A stretch of 20,197 bases of DNA, counting the filler, from Dicyema japonicum (taxonomy: Eukaryota > Animalia > Dicyemida): NCBI GenBank assembly GCA_011109175.1. It is 3 parts of 3 records of this genome, joined end to end, with 100 filler letters (N's around TTAATTAATTAA, not from the genome) between each part and the next. Parts side by side here need not be neighbours in the genome. Positions count along the whole stretch, not along the records: positions 11,863 to 20,197 come from RDEW01000162.1; 2 more parts are not named here. One strand, given 5' to 3'. This document shows positions 19,272 to 20,197 of this stretch, piece by piece. The position numbers and the translations under genes were made by a program. Under the pieces are notes generated by a model. The model saw only the letters and a program-made list of their open reading frames with translations, was not told the DNA's origin and made no database searches. How positions within the stretch are numbered: position 1 is the first letter of the stretch; every line of letters begins with the position of its first letter.

Positions 19272-20197
19272 CAGCCATGCCCAAAGGGGATCCAGTGGCC
19301 CACTTTGGGAGCCACAGAACATTTTAGGGGAGCCACAGAAAAATTCAGATTTTGTATGAAAAAATTTATGAAAATGAACATATAATTTTATTTTTGAGGT
19401 CGTGTTCGCAGGCCGAAAAATTGTTTATCTATTATTTTTAAATTATTGTTTTTCCACGCTAGTATTCTTATTTGATTTACTTCGTGGTTAACTTTAAAAA
19501 CTGGATATAAGTAATATTACCAAAAAAAAGCGTCGACAATATTTGGAATAATATTTAGCATATGGATTTATTGCAGCTCTGAATAATCGAGATACGCCAT
19601 TGTGTTTAATCTGCAATCGTACATTAACTAATGAAAGCATGAGGTCGAACAAACTTAAAATTCATTTGTATACTGTACACAAAGATAAAAAGGATAAACC
19701 TTTGGGGTTTTTTATCAAACTGAAAAATAATTATATACGAAGACAAAAACTACCTCCAATGTTCATTGAAACTCGAGAAAAACAGAATTTAGGTTATATC
19801 ACATTGTATAATATTTTGTATTTTAGGCTTAATGAAATCATGCAAAATATGTAAACTTATTGCCAAGTCTGGAAGTTATCATAATATTGAAGAAACACTA
19901 ATTGTGCCTGCTGCAGAAATAATTTTATTTTAAGTTCAAAATCTGGATTCAGATGAAATATTATATTCAATTCCGTTAGGTAGATCTACTGTTCACAAAA
20001 GGATCGATAACGTGGCACAAGAATTCGAGTCTCAATTATTGCATTTTCTAAGGAATACATACTTTTCATTGCAGATAGACAAACGTATATAGCCAGATAA
20101 CGGTTCTTTCTTTATGGCACGTGTAACGCTTTGGAATCGCAATGATATTATTGAAGGAATGCTTTTTGAAAAAAAGATTACAAGTGATATGAGGGGG
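19272..20197 (+). mobile_element. Degenerate hAT Buster/Charlie (ZBED5/SCAND3-like) transposon, left end and transposase N-terminus
   Basis: TIR-like CAGCCATGCCCAAA after the target AGCTAGAC (19264-19271), with subterminal GGGAGCCACAGAA twice. KKRRQY...YGF...PLCLIC...NESMRSNKLKIHL..VH BED finger, then E.LIVPAA, TVHKRI and FSLQID. Stops and frameshifts present. Confidence 0.9.

Overview
AT-rich eukaryotic draft-assembly window with N-gaps carrying a TTAATTAATTAA linker and several short tandem duplications at contig joins. The genes I could reconstruct have extremely short spliceosomal introns (22-32 nt) and use the standard code, as in compact-genome parasitic metazoans such as dicyemids (taxon is inference). 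Host genes: RINT1/Tip20 (minus, 14737-17238), tRNA-Ala(CGC), an 8-exon secreted LRR gene missed by the ORF track (minus, 10227-11244), a REX4/ISG20-like DEDDh exonuclease pseudogene that also lacks catalytic residues, and the last two exons of a spectrin-repeat-like coiled-coil gene. The rest is mostly transposon debris: four diverged CRE-clade (RLE endonuclease) non-LTR retrotransposon fragments, RTE-type and Jockey/I-type LINE pieces (one with a 12-bp TSD), three hAT transposase remnants plus hAT ends, and two pogo/Tigger-like tails. The most interesting signal is the LRR gene. Duplicated segments of it differ mostly by amino-acid replacements, several at solvent-exposed LRR positions, while the adjacent introns and 3' flank are identical or nearly so. 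This suggests a hypervariable secreted LRR family.
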